From Seison nebaliae (lineage: Eukaryota): DNA of 64,000 nucleotides. Where the stretch lies: contig JALJEE010003284.1 of assembly GCA_023231475.1 (NCBI GenBank), positions 1-64,000 of the forward strand, given 5' to 3'. Below are positions 26,149 through 39,134 of the stretch, in pieces. The translations under genes were made by a program, and so were the position numbers. The stretch's first letter is position 1, and each line of letters begins with the position of its first letter. The notes below the pieces were generated by a model. The model had not been told where the DNA came from, ran no database searches, and was given only the letters and a program-made list of their open reading frames with translations.

Positions 26149-26817
26149 TTATTCGATCGCGTTATATAAAGTAACGGTTTGAGTATTTACCAAAGCGGGA
26201 CGTGGCGGTCGATTTGCTGTGAGTAAATCTAAAACATGTTGACTTTTTGATGGTCGCCGTTCCTGGGTTAATGTGTATTCCGCTTTTAATCGAGGTGATT
26301 GACGGATTGTTATCGTACCGATCGGTGTATATTTCGGTCGTAAAATATTCGTTGAGGTAGTCAATCGAGCGACCATATCGAGAACTACATATTTATCTTT
26401 TACACCTTCCAATGACAAATAAATACCTACAGCAGTCATTGTTCCATATTGGATCTTTCTTGCATTATATTCTTGTGAGAATTTAATTCTCCTTAACATG
26501 TATTCAGTTAATTCGCACCAATAGATCGCTGACAAGAATTCACACAATTCAGTGTCTAATTGTATAAGTAATTCATCTACATTCTTTTCATGACCACTGA
26601 ATATTCGTATTAATAGAATGGCATCAATTATAACGAGAGCGAATAGAGTTCCTAATGTTAATCCGATCAAATAATTTCTTGATGGATGTTCTGCAGTTGT
26701 TCGAACGATATCGGTACTGCTTAAATCGTGTAATTCATGAAAATGATAAATGTCACTCGTACTCTTCACATTGGAACAGAGAAGAAAAAATAAAGTTAGT
26801 TCGACAATTGATAACAT
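26149..26817 (-). CDS. Orphan type I membrane protein, intronless
   Basis: Signal peptide MLSIVELTLFFLLCSNVKS, short ectodomain, TM segment LIGLTLGTLFALVIIDAILLI, ~150 aa cytoplasmic tail. Confidence 0.65.
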   Translation of the reverse strand: MLSIVELTLFFLLCSNVKSTSDIYHFHELHDLSSTDIVRTTAEHPSRNYLIGLTLGTLFALVIIDAILLIRIFSGHEKNVDELLIQLDTELCEFLSAIYWCELTEYMLRRIKFSQEYNARKIQYGTMTAVGIYLSLEGVKDKYVVLDMVARLTTSTNILRPKYTPIGTITIRQSPRLKAEYTLTQERRPSKSQHVLDLLTANRPPRPALVNTQTVTLYNAIE

Positions 26818-27166
26818 TATTTTTATTTCAACTGTCGAAATAACGTTATAATACGTTTAATTAGAAACATATGTATATTCCCTATATTTATATCGGCCTT
26901 CATTTATTTTTCAAACGTAAAGTTTGAACGTTTCCTGTGAAATTTGAAGTTATTGGGGCTAACAAGGAAACCACACGTTGGCGCAATGGTCAAATTAGCT
27001 GAAAAAACATGTCTTAAACATAATGAAGAGGAAGTTAAGAAAAAATTTGTTACATTGGAAATTCTTTACTTCTTCACATGTTATTATTAATTAAATTCTA
27101 AGTGAAAATTTATCGTTTATTTTGAAAGGAAAAGAGTTAAAAGAAAAATTTTAAGATTCGAGCAGA

Positions 27167-28546
27167 ATGATTGAAAACGAAGATACAACGGAAACACCAC
27201 AAAGAGAAGAAGTAGAAGACACATTAAAATTTATGAGTGGAATCAGTGAGCCTCCTGAATCTATTACGGTGGCACACTCGCCAAACTCGTCTGAGTGTTC
27301 CTTTTATACTTGTTGGTCTTATGACGAAGACGAGGATGATCTTTTTGCTCGAATGTTGATGGTGGAATATGAATCAGATATTGATAACGAAAGAAGTGAA
27401 GATGTGGTAGAATCAACAAATTCAAAGAATGAGGAAGACAAACCAGTGGAAGGTAAAGGAGAAGAAGATATTTCAGATAACTCGGAAAAGGATGAAGGTA
27501 GAAAAGAAATAGTTAGTGACGAAGTTGAAAATGTTAAAGAGATCGAAGAAGTGGCAGATGAGCCAGGTCTATCAAATGTGTCAATTACATCAATTGCATC
27601 ATATGAATCAAGTAAATCAAATGAATCAAGTCAATCAAATGAATCAATTGCATCAAATGAATCAAGTCAATCAAATGAATCAATTGCATCATATGAATCA
27701 AGTAAATCATATGAATTAAATAAATCATATGAATCAAGTAAATCATATAAATCCAGTAAATCATATGAATCAAGTAAATCATATAAATCTAGTAAATCAA
27801 ATGAATCGATTGAATCGAATGAATCAATTGAATATTATGATGAAAGTGAAAGTGATGAGGAGCAAATTGAAGAAGAAGAACTAGAAAGACCAAGCGATAA
27901 CGATATGCAACTAGTGGAAAGTGACAGTGAATCCGATTCCCAGTCGGAAATAACATATAGCGTAATAAAAGAAGAAGCGAGAAAATGGTATTCAAATGAT
28001 AATAACAAAAGTATTAATAAATCTCCTAGTCCAAAAATTAAGACGCCCCAGGCAAGAATTTCACCCGTTTTATCATCTGTCATAACCTCGAATTGTTTTG
28101 ATACTCTCCCTCCTAATGAAGCGCCACAAAGGAGAACCTTTCCATTTCTTAACAACCATACTCCCAATAATGTGTGTGAAAGGCCAACCGATCCCTATTA
28201 TGATCCTCTATATCCGGTAAACAACTCATCACAATTTTACCCATATCCATATCTACCTATGAAACACACACCTTCTGGAAACCATCAAGTTAACCGTGAA
28301 CATTGTCCAAATGATCAAAGTCTAATATCAGATTGGCCTTCATTAAAATCATCGCCAATTCCATATTTTAATCCACATCCAAGTTTGAATCGGAATTACA
28401 ATAATTTATATAGCAGTGAATATAAACGTAATGCTAACAAACAAATTCTTGAACAACCAGAAACTAAGAGAGCGAAAAGAATGGCCTATAGTCAGAGTAG
28501 CATAAACAATTCAAAAACCAATAAATGCTCTCAAACTTCGTTATAG
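27167..28546 (+). CDS. Orphan intrinsically disordered protein (acidic N-half, Ser-periodic repeat, Pro/Tyr/Asn-rich C-half), intronless
   Basis: 459 aa ORF with strong compositional blocks and a possible C-terminal NLS (TKRAKR). Confidence 0.65.
   Translation: MIENEDTTETPQREEVEDTLKFMSGISEPPESITVAHSPNSSECSFYTCWSYDEDEDDLFARMLMVEYESDIDNERSEDVVESTNSKNEEDKPVEGKGEEDISDNSEKDEGRKEIVSDEVENVKEIEEVADEPGLSNVSITSIASYESSKSNESSQSNESIASNESSQSNESIASYESSKSYELNKSYESSKSYKSSKSYESSKSYKSSKSNESIESNESIEYYDESESDEEQIEEEELERPSDNDMQLVESDSESDSQSEITYSVIKEEARKWYSNDNNKSINKSPSPKIKTPQARISPVLSSVITSNCFDTLPPNEAPQRRTFPFLNNHTPNNVCERPTDPYYDPLYPVNNSSQFYPYPYLPMKHTPSGNHQVNREHCPNDQSLISDWPSLKSSPIPYFNPHPSLNRNYNNLYSSEYKRNANKQILEQPETKRAKRMAYSQSSINNSKTNKCSQTSL
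27590..27832 (+). repeat. Coding minisatellite of 9-bp units (18/27-bp higher order)
   Basis: TCAAATGAA / TCATATGAA / TCAAGTAAA / TCAATTGCA units encoding S-x-x triplets (SNE, SYE, SSK, SIA). Confidence 0.9.
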
Positions 28547-28957
28547 AAGAAAACAGAAAATTTTGTTTTAAATTTTTTTAAAATTTTTTATGGATTGCTG
28601 AATTAAAAATTAGATTTATTTGAAGCTTCTTTCGAAGGAAACTTCCTAAAAATCTACTTTATATCAAAATAAAACTTTTCTTTATTTATCAATTCATTAT
28701 CCCAAAAACCATCTCCGTATGTCATCAAATTAATATTTTTCTTTTAGTTAGATTATAAATGTTAACAAGTATTAAAATTTGTAGGATATTATTAGTAAGT
28801 CAATCGAAAAACGTTTATAATTTGATTAATGTTTTATTAATGACTCTGCATTAGATGAAATCTCAAGACTAATCGAGGTGAATTGGAATAAATTTAAAAG
28901 TTCAAAGTTAACTTTTCTAGTTAATTTTGTTTTTTTTTTAATTTTGGTCTGTATGTC

Positions 28958-30580
28958 ATGGCGTCTTTCCAACAATATTTCAAACGAATGGAAACTGTAT
29001 GTAAACCAGTTCAATTCCCACTTCGTAGTTTGACAATGCCGGTCCATGAGAATGCTGTACCTTACAGTATAAGAATGATACGTATTGCAAACCGAATGGT
29101 AAATGATATTCATGTGAATGATATTATTAGAAACCCGAAATGTAGACCTCCAAGTTTAAAGAATCCCATCGGTACGTGTTATAGTATAAGTCTCTCTCAA
29201 CTATTATTATCGACATATTCTTTGTTAAATCTTCTATTCGAACTTAGAATAGATTCAACAATATTGACAACAAACAAATTTCAAAAGAGATATAAGTTCT
29301 ATAGCGATGTGAAACTTTTTTCCAATAATAAAACTAGTAAGATGCGTGCATCATTAGAGCATGCTCGAGTATTATATCAATATATGATGCTCGTTAAAAT
29401 GGGAATAAAAAGTAAGGGAACTAATTTTGTAAATAATCAGAAATTTTATGGTTGTCAAATAATTGAATGTGGCAAATTATTTAAAACTTTCCGTGTCAAC
29501 AATTTAGGCCATCTACCCGAAAACATCACAAATGTCCAATTAAACGAAGTAATAGAGAAAAATCTTTTTTCTGTTCATCGTCATGTTCCCATTTTACATT
29601 TTACTCAATTTCTATTCCAAAAAGAAAAATTTTCACACGAATGGGAAGTGATGTATCCGGGAGAGACAAACGGAACCAAAAAAATTTTTACTTTCTATCA
29701 AAGTTTCGATGTGGAAGAATCTTATTATTATTCGGAAAAATTTAACATTTTAATTGTTAATAATAATCCATATAATGGAACTTATACAAACGATATGCCA
29801 GATGTTAAAGATTTTATGTCCTTTGTTGCACCTTTGAACATTTGGCATTCTCGATTTTATCACCAACTCCCTAACATTATTATCTTTAATTATGTGACGA
29901 GCACTTCACCAATTTACTTCGATTTTTCAAATTATGCCGATTACGAATCTGCCATAATTTCCCTGAAGCTTAACAAAACTGAATATGACGATCATTATAA
30001 GAAGAATGAATATTATATAAGTCTATCGACAAGGGTACCATATTCACATTTAGCAGGTAGACATAATTATCGACTTACTCAGCATAATTTATTTGGAATC
30101 ACAAACAATCCAAAAGACAATTTTTTGTATCACACCGTTGGCTATATCATTAGCAACTCGATATATTTAAATTGTAACGAACGAATGGCAGCCATTATTA
30201 AGAGAGAAGGACGTCCACTTGGTGGACTGTCTGACTTAAAAAACAATTTTCTAGATTACGTAGCGAAAGAAAAGAGTTTTTTAGTTAAACATCTTAAAAA
30301 TGAGCAACGATCTTGTCCTAACTTGAAAAATTGCGTAGTGGACGGATGTAAATTATTTTATCCGAATCGAGGACATGCTATTGCAATAATTATGAATTTG
30401 GCTCGTACCCAATGGTATCTGATCAATAATCATATGGTTATTCCAATTTTATTACCTTATAGTTTGGTTCCTTTGGGTGGGATGCCACCGACCAACCAAC
30501 TATTCGAATTAACAACGGCTCATTTAAGCATGTATAAAAAATTGGCTGATTTAATACGTTTAGTAAACAACTTACAATAG
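28958..30580 (+). CDS. Highly divergent ubiquitin-specific protease (peptidase C19) family protein, intronless
   Basis: Cys box SLKNPIGTCYSISLSQLLLS; QLPNIIIF; YHTVGYII; His box RGHAIAII..QWYLINNHMV. Confidence 0.65.
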   Translation: MASFQQYFKRMETVCKPVQFPLRSLTMPVHENAVPYSIRMIRIANRMVNDIHVNDIIRNPKCRPPSLKNPIGTCYSISLSQLLLSTYSLLNLLFELRIDSTILTTNKFQKRYKFYSDVKLFSNNKTSKMRASLEHARVLYQYMMLVKMGIKSKGTNFVNNQKFYGCQIIECGKLFKTFRVNNLGHLPENITNVQLNEVIEKNLFSVHRHVPILHFTQFLFQKEKFSHEWEVMYPGETNGTKKIFTFYQSFDVEESYYYSEKFNILIVNNNPYNGTYTNDMPDVKDFMSFVAPLNIWHSRFYHQLPNIIIFNYVTSTSPIYFDFSNYADYESAIISLKLNKTEYDDHYKKNEYYISLSTRVPYSHLAGRHNYRLTQHNLFGITNNPKDNFLYHTVGYIISNSIYLNCNERMAAIIKREGRPLGGLSDLKNNFLDYVAKEKSFLVKHLKNEQRSCPNLKNCVVDGCKLFYPNRGHAIAIIMNLARTQWYLINNHMVIPILLPYSLVPLGGMPPTNQLFELTTAHLSMYKKLADLIRLVNNLQ

Positions 30581-33500
30581 TACTTACAACAACTTACAAC
30601 TGTTAGAATAACCGTATTAAAACTTCAACTATATAATTTAAACGTGAAATATATTATTGCAATATCGTTAGAACAATGTTCCCAATTGATTATATGGAAA
30701 CTGTTTAGGCATGAAATTTAGGAACAAAACTACCAAATTATTAATTTCTCCAAATTGTTAATTGTATATGTTCGAAACTGAAAGAATTCTTAAATTTCAT
30801 TGTCTAACATTTATTAAATAATCAAACTGTGAATTATATGCAAAAAACATAAGAGATTACTAATCATTTTTAGCTAATCACTTCCTAATCATGTTGTAAA
30901 CAGTTCTCTAAGATGTAGAATCTGAAGGACGTTGTAATTATAAAATAATTATAAACACAATAATATTCCATAAAAGAATAAAATCATATATAAAACACAA
31001 CTATTTGATATCACAATCGTCTTTAAGAGTATCAGTTAATTATTTTAAAATCTAAGACGATTATTGTTCCAATTCTTAAAATTTTAATTAAATTAATATA
31101 TTGTTGAAATCGTTTTATTAAATAAATTCTTCTTAAACATAAATTAATATTCCTTAATCTTTTTTAGAAATTTTATTAAAAAACTAACAATTATAGCACA
31201 ATTGTAAATCATTTTTTGTTTCTTGTTGCTGTTTTTCAAGGTCTATGGTTCAAGTGATTGACATATCGAAAATCTTTTCTCATGTGCTTAATAAATTGAC
31301 GATATTTTATTCAAGTTGAAGGAATATGATATCTCTTATGAGTTATAATAAAATGAGTATCTTCTCCAACAAAAGTTTGATATTATCAAGAAATGTTATT
31401 AAAATAAGATTTGAAGGTAGTTAATCAAAATTAAAACGGTTTTTTAAGAAGGCAGTTAAATATGAATATCCGTATCGTTAATTTTGTTATTGCAATGAAT
31501 CATAGATGATAGTTACTGATAGATGACTTGATAGTTGTTTATTTAGAATTATTCACATTTAGTGGTAATATAATTTTATTTACGAAAAGTTGAATGTTTT
31601 TATTTCTGTCAGATGTCCATTAATTTTCATTGCATAAAATGCAATAAAATGTTCCGATGTATGGATAGTGTTGGAGGCGAATATTTTTCTTAATTTTAGA
31701 AGAAGACGTAGAATTTTTCTCATTTATCATTTGCTAATCAAATAGAATGCGTATAATTTATTTTCCTTCTTATAGATAGATAGATAAGCAGATAGATATT
31801 CGAGAATAGTAGGAATTACATAAGAAATGCATTCTTTCCCCTTACTTTACTCACACTTTCACATTATCAAGATATACATCAAAATCTGTTCTTATGTACA
31901 TTCCGTTGGTAGAGACGTACTATACGTCTTCCGAACCGATTAGAGTTTGTTTAAAGTTCTTTCCATCCATATAATTTGAAAGAGCACTAATCTCTTATCA
32001 TCAACGTTTACTCTCATGTCAACGAATTTGCGTCGATCAATTTTACTCTAATTAATTAATAATAATTGATTAGAGGTCGTTTCTTTAAATGGACATGATA
32101 ACTTATTGATATAATGCCATATATTGAAATGAATAAATAATTATATGATATTATATAAATAAACGTTATAAATAAATGGAGTTGATTTTAAGTAATAGTA
32201 TTAAAATTTTATCCAACATATACATGTAATGTATGTAACAAGTAATATAAAGAGGACGAAACATTTTATTTCCAGATATAGATTTATATATATTATTATG
32301 TTTCATTATTATGACATATATTATATTTATATATATTAAGAATTTTAAGAACTTTATTTTCGTTCAGTCGTATATTTCATTATAGGAAATATCTTTCAAA
32401 ATATATTTATGAAATGTGTAAAATTATTCTATTGGAAATCTCGAAATTCTCATGAAAATTTCCGTCAAAATATTATTTCAAAATCAAGAAAGTTTCTCTT
32501 GAATATTTCATACAAAAATGAAATTTCTATGTGAGATTGAAGGTAGTGGCACTGATGATGATGATGATAGTATCGATAGTAGTGGGAGAGATAAAAAAAA
32601 TTATTAATCATTCAATTAGTAAATTCTTTTTTGGGAATATGAATGAAATAAAGATGCGATGAATTAGCAGTAGATGAAATATAAGAAAATTAATTGAACG
32701 AATATTTCCGATGTGATCGAACATTATCCAAGAATGGGTGTTCTGTTAATAAATATTTATTTTTCCTGAATCAGGTGGAAACAATAAACTTTAATTCGCA
32801 AATATCGTAGCGTTACATCGCATCGAATTGCATTCGAAGGAAATATCGTATAAGATGGATTGATATGAATTAATTTATTATCAACAATTCCTTTCTCCAA
32901 TTTATACATTTACCTTCCACAATATACTATTTGAATTATCTGATGAGAAAGGAAGAAGATGATGAAGAATAATACAATTATTCATCTTCTATTTCATCAA
33001 CATTCATCAGATTCCTCTGATTATCATCATATCCATATCCTATTTTGACAATTGGAACAAATGGAATTTGCTCAACTAAATTCTTTGTAAATTCACATAA
33101 TGTGTATTATGTAAGATTGAGAAGTATTGATAAGAATCATTCATTTCCACTATTAATTTGTTCTTTTTAAATACGTGTGAGAAAAAAATTTATTCGTCCA
33201 ATTTATTGTTCTACTGATGAGTCTCCCATCGAACAATAACTGTGAGATAATGTTTCTAATACGTCCAACTTTCTTACCTTTCCGTCAAATTCACTTTCAT
33301 TTCCAAATATACTTACGCCTTATTGATCGTGGAAGATATACAAAAAATAAATTTCAGTAAATGATTTCAAATGATGAATTTCAATGTGGTATGCCAATAG
33401 AATGCACGGACGCCAATATTTCACTTTAACGGATAATTTTCATTTAAAGAATTAACTTTAATTGTTATGAAATGAATAGTTCTAATGAAAATGAATGTAT

Positions 33501-36500
33501 GATAATGGGAGAAAGAAAATCTTGATCGAACTCAATCAACTCTTATAGTAAAAGATGCAGTTTATCAGAATTATATTCCATTTCTCGTTACTCACCAAAA
33601 GAAATGTTATGCAACACAATTCCCACAATATTCAATAAAGAGATGTTATTTGATTTTGATTAATGAAGTTAATTAGGTAAGAGCAATTAGAAAAGAAAAT
33701 AATAAGATGGAAATAGATAAGTCTTCAGGAGGATTTTCGTGAAGAAATTAAAACGTAGTTTCTAAATGTTTTGCTGTTTCCAGTTCTGGTAGACTGAAAA
33801 AGCAATTAGCTTAATATTTCTGCTTCTTGTGTGAACTTCGTTCTTTGCTTCTTTTATCGTTCCATGTGGAATTAAGTAAGAATTATTTACATTAACGAAT
33901 ACGTTCATATCTCTTCTATCCATCCGAAAGATGAGTCATTCGTCAATTATATTACACTTTTGCCTACTTGGAATAAATATCTGTCCCCCATTCATATCTT
34001 TCGGTGAAAATCCTCATTAGATACTCGTTTAAACACTAACATTATCTATTGGGATAGAATTCATTTCTTACTATGTTCCTTATTCTTTTTCCCGTCTATC
34101 CTGTGAATTCGACTATTGATTAATTAATAATTTCCTCTAACTTCAGGTAATGTAATAGATTGAACTATCTCACTGATTCTCTTTTTCTGTCTCTCTCTGT
34201 TTTCCCACATCATTTCACTTCAACTTTTTCAATCAAGTGACGAAATCTGATTGAGATGATGAGGCCACTTTGGAAGACATACATTGAAAAATAAAGATCC
34301 TCACTGATCATCATCGAGTTTTCAACAGATACTAAAAAAGTTTTTTTAGAAACGTCTCTTACCGATCCTTAATTTTTTGTTAATTAGCAAATTAATTGTA
34401 AACATATCTTTAAGTGATCTAACTCATATTTCATTCTAATAATAACATTAATTTTATTATTATTATGCCACTCTTACTATAAACAAACAATATAACAAAC
34501 TTTAAATTTGAAGGATAACAATCATTTCCAAAAAGAATAATCTTTTTTATCTTTAATAAAAGATATTTTAATTTTGGTGTCTTACTACTCCGTTAGATAA
34601 CATAATTGATGACAAAATTCCTTCATAGATATTTACTATCAACTTTCATAGTAAACAAAGTAATGGAAGCGAAAATAGAAAATTTTTCATTATTTTTGGT
34701 GAATAGGACAAAACAGCGTCCGCAGACTAATCGACTTCATTTGAAAATGAATTACGAAAGTTGGAAATGTCAGATAACGGTAAAGAATTGTGAATGAATT
34801 AGAAACAGAATGAACTCTCTATTTTGAATATTTTCATTTATTTATATATTCCGTAATCATACCTCTTGCACCAGATATTGACAATAACTCGAATATTACT
34901 GATACATTCGAATTGGAAATATTTATTTTTATATCATTTTTCTTTCGTTGTTAATTCCCTTCATTCATTTCATTAAATTTATTAATTATTTGAATTCATT
35001 TTCTTTATGGATATCTTTATACAAAGGTTGTTCAGTGCAACGAAATGAAGTTGTCTCCGCAGATTATGGTTAACCGAAAACTCTTATGTTCTTCTTCAAT
35101 TCTTACTATTGTTTAGGAATATATTTTAGGGAAAAATTTAAATAGAATTATTAAGAGATAATAATTTTTCTTTAATTATCGTTCCAGAGTATTTAAAGTG
35201 AATGTTTGTGCATGTATGTCAGTACGAGAGTTTAATGGATTATCCATTGGAGTATTATTTGTTGTGCATTATTCATTTTTTCCAAATGGTTCAAAAGAAA
35301 AATATAGTATAAATAAAATAAGTTAAAAATAACACGTTTTCTCCAATTTCTTTTACCCAATGATGATTTTGACCAGAATTTTTCAATTTCATTTAGTAAA
35401 TAATATTAATAAAATAATCTTCATATTGAATGATAAATTACTTTATTTATTAATTTACCTTTTTTCATCAGTCATCATGAATCATGATTACCATGATGAC
35501 GACAGACGATGATAAAAGTACCTGCCCGTTCATATATAAGTTTGATGGTAAATGTTATGTTTAAATGTTTGTGCATGTATTCTATATATGCGGTAATGGT
35601 GAATTAATCTGTTCTCAAATCTCCGTCAACAACCATTCGTCAAGGAACACTTATACGTTTGTGTGTTTGAGGAAAATTGAAGGGAAATCATTTATTTTTA
35701 CAATTCATCATTAACGAGAGTTAGAGAGGAAAGTTATACATTATATAACACGTGTAATTATGACAGAAATTACATCTATTTTCCTTTATATTATGAATAA
35801 AATACATTTGGAAAGTAAACGATTTGAGAAATGTGAAATATTCGTTTCATTGGAAAGAAGAAAGAATGGTAAGTTATGATGCTTCGTCCCAATTAATGGA
35901 CATAATTAACTCGTAGACTATGAAACACGTTGTGAATTTGTCATGGAAATTCCTTTTTTCTCCTTTGGGAGAAGTTGGAGAAGAAGTGATTTTATTTTTT
36001 GTATGTCCTTCATTTGTCTAGTTGTAAGTGTCGAGAGAAGAATTATAAAGTAAACGATAGAGATCTCTACAAGTGGGTGGAAGATGTCAGAAAGCGGTAG
36101 AATTGATGGATGGAGAATGTATAACGTTAATTCTTATTGCCCAATGGCTAATAGCCATTTCTTCTCAATTGAAATGTAGAAGAATAATTTGAAGAATCCT
36201 GGTTCATTCTTATTTCCGAAAGAAAGAATAGAACAAACAGAAGAAGAAGAAGAATATTAATGTATTCATCTCCACAAGTCTGATGAGAAACGGTTTCGTT
36301 CCATCATTACCATCCATGATGGATCATCATTCGTTCCAAATTGATGGAAAATAATTTTTTCTTTCTTATTTTCATCTCAATAGATATCGTAATGAATTTG
36401 AAAAGGAAATTGAAGAAAAGTTGATTTATTCGAATATTTTCAAATTTATGTTCATTATGTAAATTTTATTAATTATTTTATTTTGAATTTAAAGAATTTA

Positions 36501-36770
36501 AATTTTTTTAATTTTATAGAATGTTGAAAAGTGAAAATATTAAATTTGTCAATGCTTATGATTTGAAAGGAATGAGTTAGGAGAAATTGGAGAATGTATT
36601 CGATTCTCAACGTTCTGCTATCAATTTATTTACATTTACTATATTATTAATAATTATCAGAATATTAAATGTTAATCTTGTTGTTCTAATTAGATTAAAG
36701 AATGGGTGGATGATTAGCCATCTGTCCATACTAATCTTCAAATTACAGGAAAGTTTATTGAGATTGGAGG

Positions 36771-39088
36771 ATGTCAATTGAACGTTTGAATAGAATGAAT
36801 TATGAAGATCATTTTACAACGGATGAGTTCGACTGTAACTCATTGGGATCGAATAATTTATTTGGTTGTTCGAATGAGCAAATGCTCTTCAATGATTATC
36901 CATCAGACAATTTAATATCATTTCCATTCAATTCTAATGAGATGAATCATATGTCATTCACATCGCCTTATATCTCATCCTCTATATCATGTTCATTGTC
37001 ATCATCATCATCATCATCTTTCTTGTCGAATAGTCAATCGAAAATTGATGATAGTCATATGCAATTATTTAACGTCACTACCACCATCACCTCTTCTCCA
37101 CTCATCACAACGACAAGTTCATTATTCTTCAATTCATCGATTCCACATTTTACAACAACTACCACAACTACCACCACAACAACATCAACAACGGAAGATT
37201 ATAATGAATTTAATAATTCCACTTATTTCCCGACGACATGTGAAATGTTATCGAAATCGCAAGATTTATTTCCATCATCATTTCTTTCTTCATCTACCAT
37301 CACCAATATCATCACTACCACCACCAATACAACGACGACGATTAATTCTTTCCCTTCCACAATTAATAAGAATAGTTTTGAGAAATGTCGTGAAAATTTG
37401 AAGAGAAAATTGAATGAACGTCCATCGATGAATGAATTGATGGAACGAGGTCTTTTTGTCAATGAGACGAAGAAGAATATGAAAATGAATTCATTCAAAG
37501 AGAAAAGTGAATTGATTAATAATAAAATTATCAAACGACCACAACGTGAAAAGTTGATTGAACAACATATCATGGAAGATACTCCATCACTTGTGGCACC
37601 GTCACTTGTGGGATGTCAAAAGAATTTAAAAAGAGCCAAATTAACTTATGAGTTAAAAGAGAAATTATTACATCGTCCTGGTCCATTGGAGTTGGTGGAG
37701 AAGGACATTCTTCACATTGATTCATTACACAAATATTCGGAAGGCAATCAACAATCGAATAATCATATTCCATCATTAACGACCACATCTCTCATTTTCC
37801 ATTCACAACCAGATGAAGATGAAAATCATAATTCATATAAGAAAGCATTAGAATTGGGTGAGATTCGATATAGGAAAACCACCGATTATCAATTGCCATC
37901 AATGAGAGCATTTTATTTACCATCATCATCTTCTTTTCCCAATTCTATTAAATCATCATCTAATTTAGATAATGAGAATGATCAATTGGAATGGAGTCCA
38001 ATGATCAATGAAGATTTATTAACTAATGATCATTCATCACCAAATAATACATTGAAACAAATCCATTCCATTACCAATATCCCAATCATATCTTCTTCAG
38101 TCCATACAATGAACAATTTGAATGACAATCTCTTCCAAAGGAAATCTCATACGAATCTTTTCTTTCCCGAACATTCATCGAACGATAACAAATCTTCATT
38201 TTCATCTTCTTCTTCCATCTTCTCATCATCTTCATCCATCGACTCATTGAATGGAAAAGAGAAAATGAAAAAATCGAAATCGATTACTCAACCACCACCA
38301 ACTCCAATGAAAGATACAATTGTCTTCCATGAATATGATGGAGAGAATGGGAAGAGTGTAGTCAAAGATAAAATTTCTGGTGTGAATCATTCATTATTTC
38401 TTTCGTCCATAAAGAAGTCGAATGAGAAAATTTTTCGACAACAAAAATTACGTAGCAAAGAATTAAAAGCGACACTTTTCCATCTCAAAATACTTCAACA
38501 ACAACAAGGACTTTATTTGAAATTATGTGGAATGAAGAATCGAAAGAGAAGTGGTGCTAGAAGGAATTTGAAGAAATCGATATCATCCACTAATTATTTA
38601 TCATCGACAAATGATTCGATGAAATCCACAAATATTCCACAATCAATTGAGAATTGTGAGAATGTTTTGATGTCATTCGATAATCATACGTCAACAACAA
38701 ATAATACAGGAAATTCAAACAAATTAATATTCTCTCAAAATAATAATTTCCAACAACAATTCCCATATAATTCGGATACAATGATGATTATGACACCCAT
38801 TTCATCACCTTCCAATTCGTTTGATCCAAAAGCTTTAATGAATTATGAACAATCGAACGGAATCTCAACTGATCACAGATCCTCTTCAACATTCATCAGT
38901 CCTAAATCAATTAATTCCAATTCGCAACAAATTCATTTCGCTTCCAATGTCTCCTCAGCCTCATCATCATCGTCTTCCAATGGAACTGCTGTGACATCGA
39001 AAAGGAAATTTCCTAACGATCAACAATCTACTGATTATCTTCGGAATACTCAAAATAATAAAAATAATTATTTCACTTCAAATCCACC

Positions 39089-39134
<46 letters not shown>

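Noticed and set aside
27516..28167. MNQ/IHL repeat ORFs in other frames and on the opposite strand
   Set aside because: Shadows of the 9-bp minisatellite inside the 459-aa ORF
35939..35960. TGTCATGGAA, resembling miR-281
   Set aside because: Upstream arm pairs over only a few bases; no precursor hairpin
33214..36300. CTGATGAG motifs (33214, 36280) as possible hammerhead ribozyme cores
   Set aside because: No stem II followed by GAAA and no stems I/III
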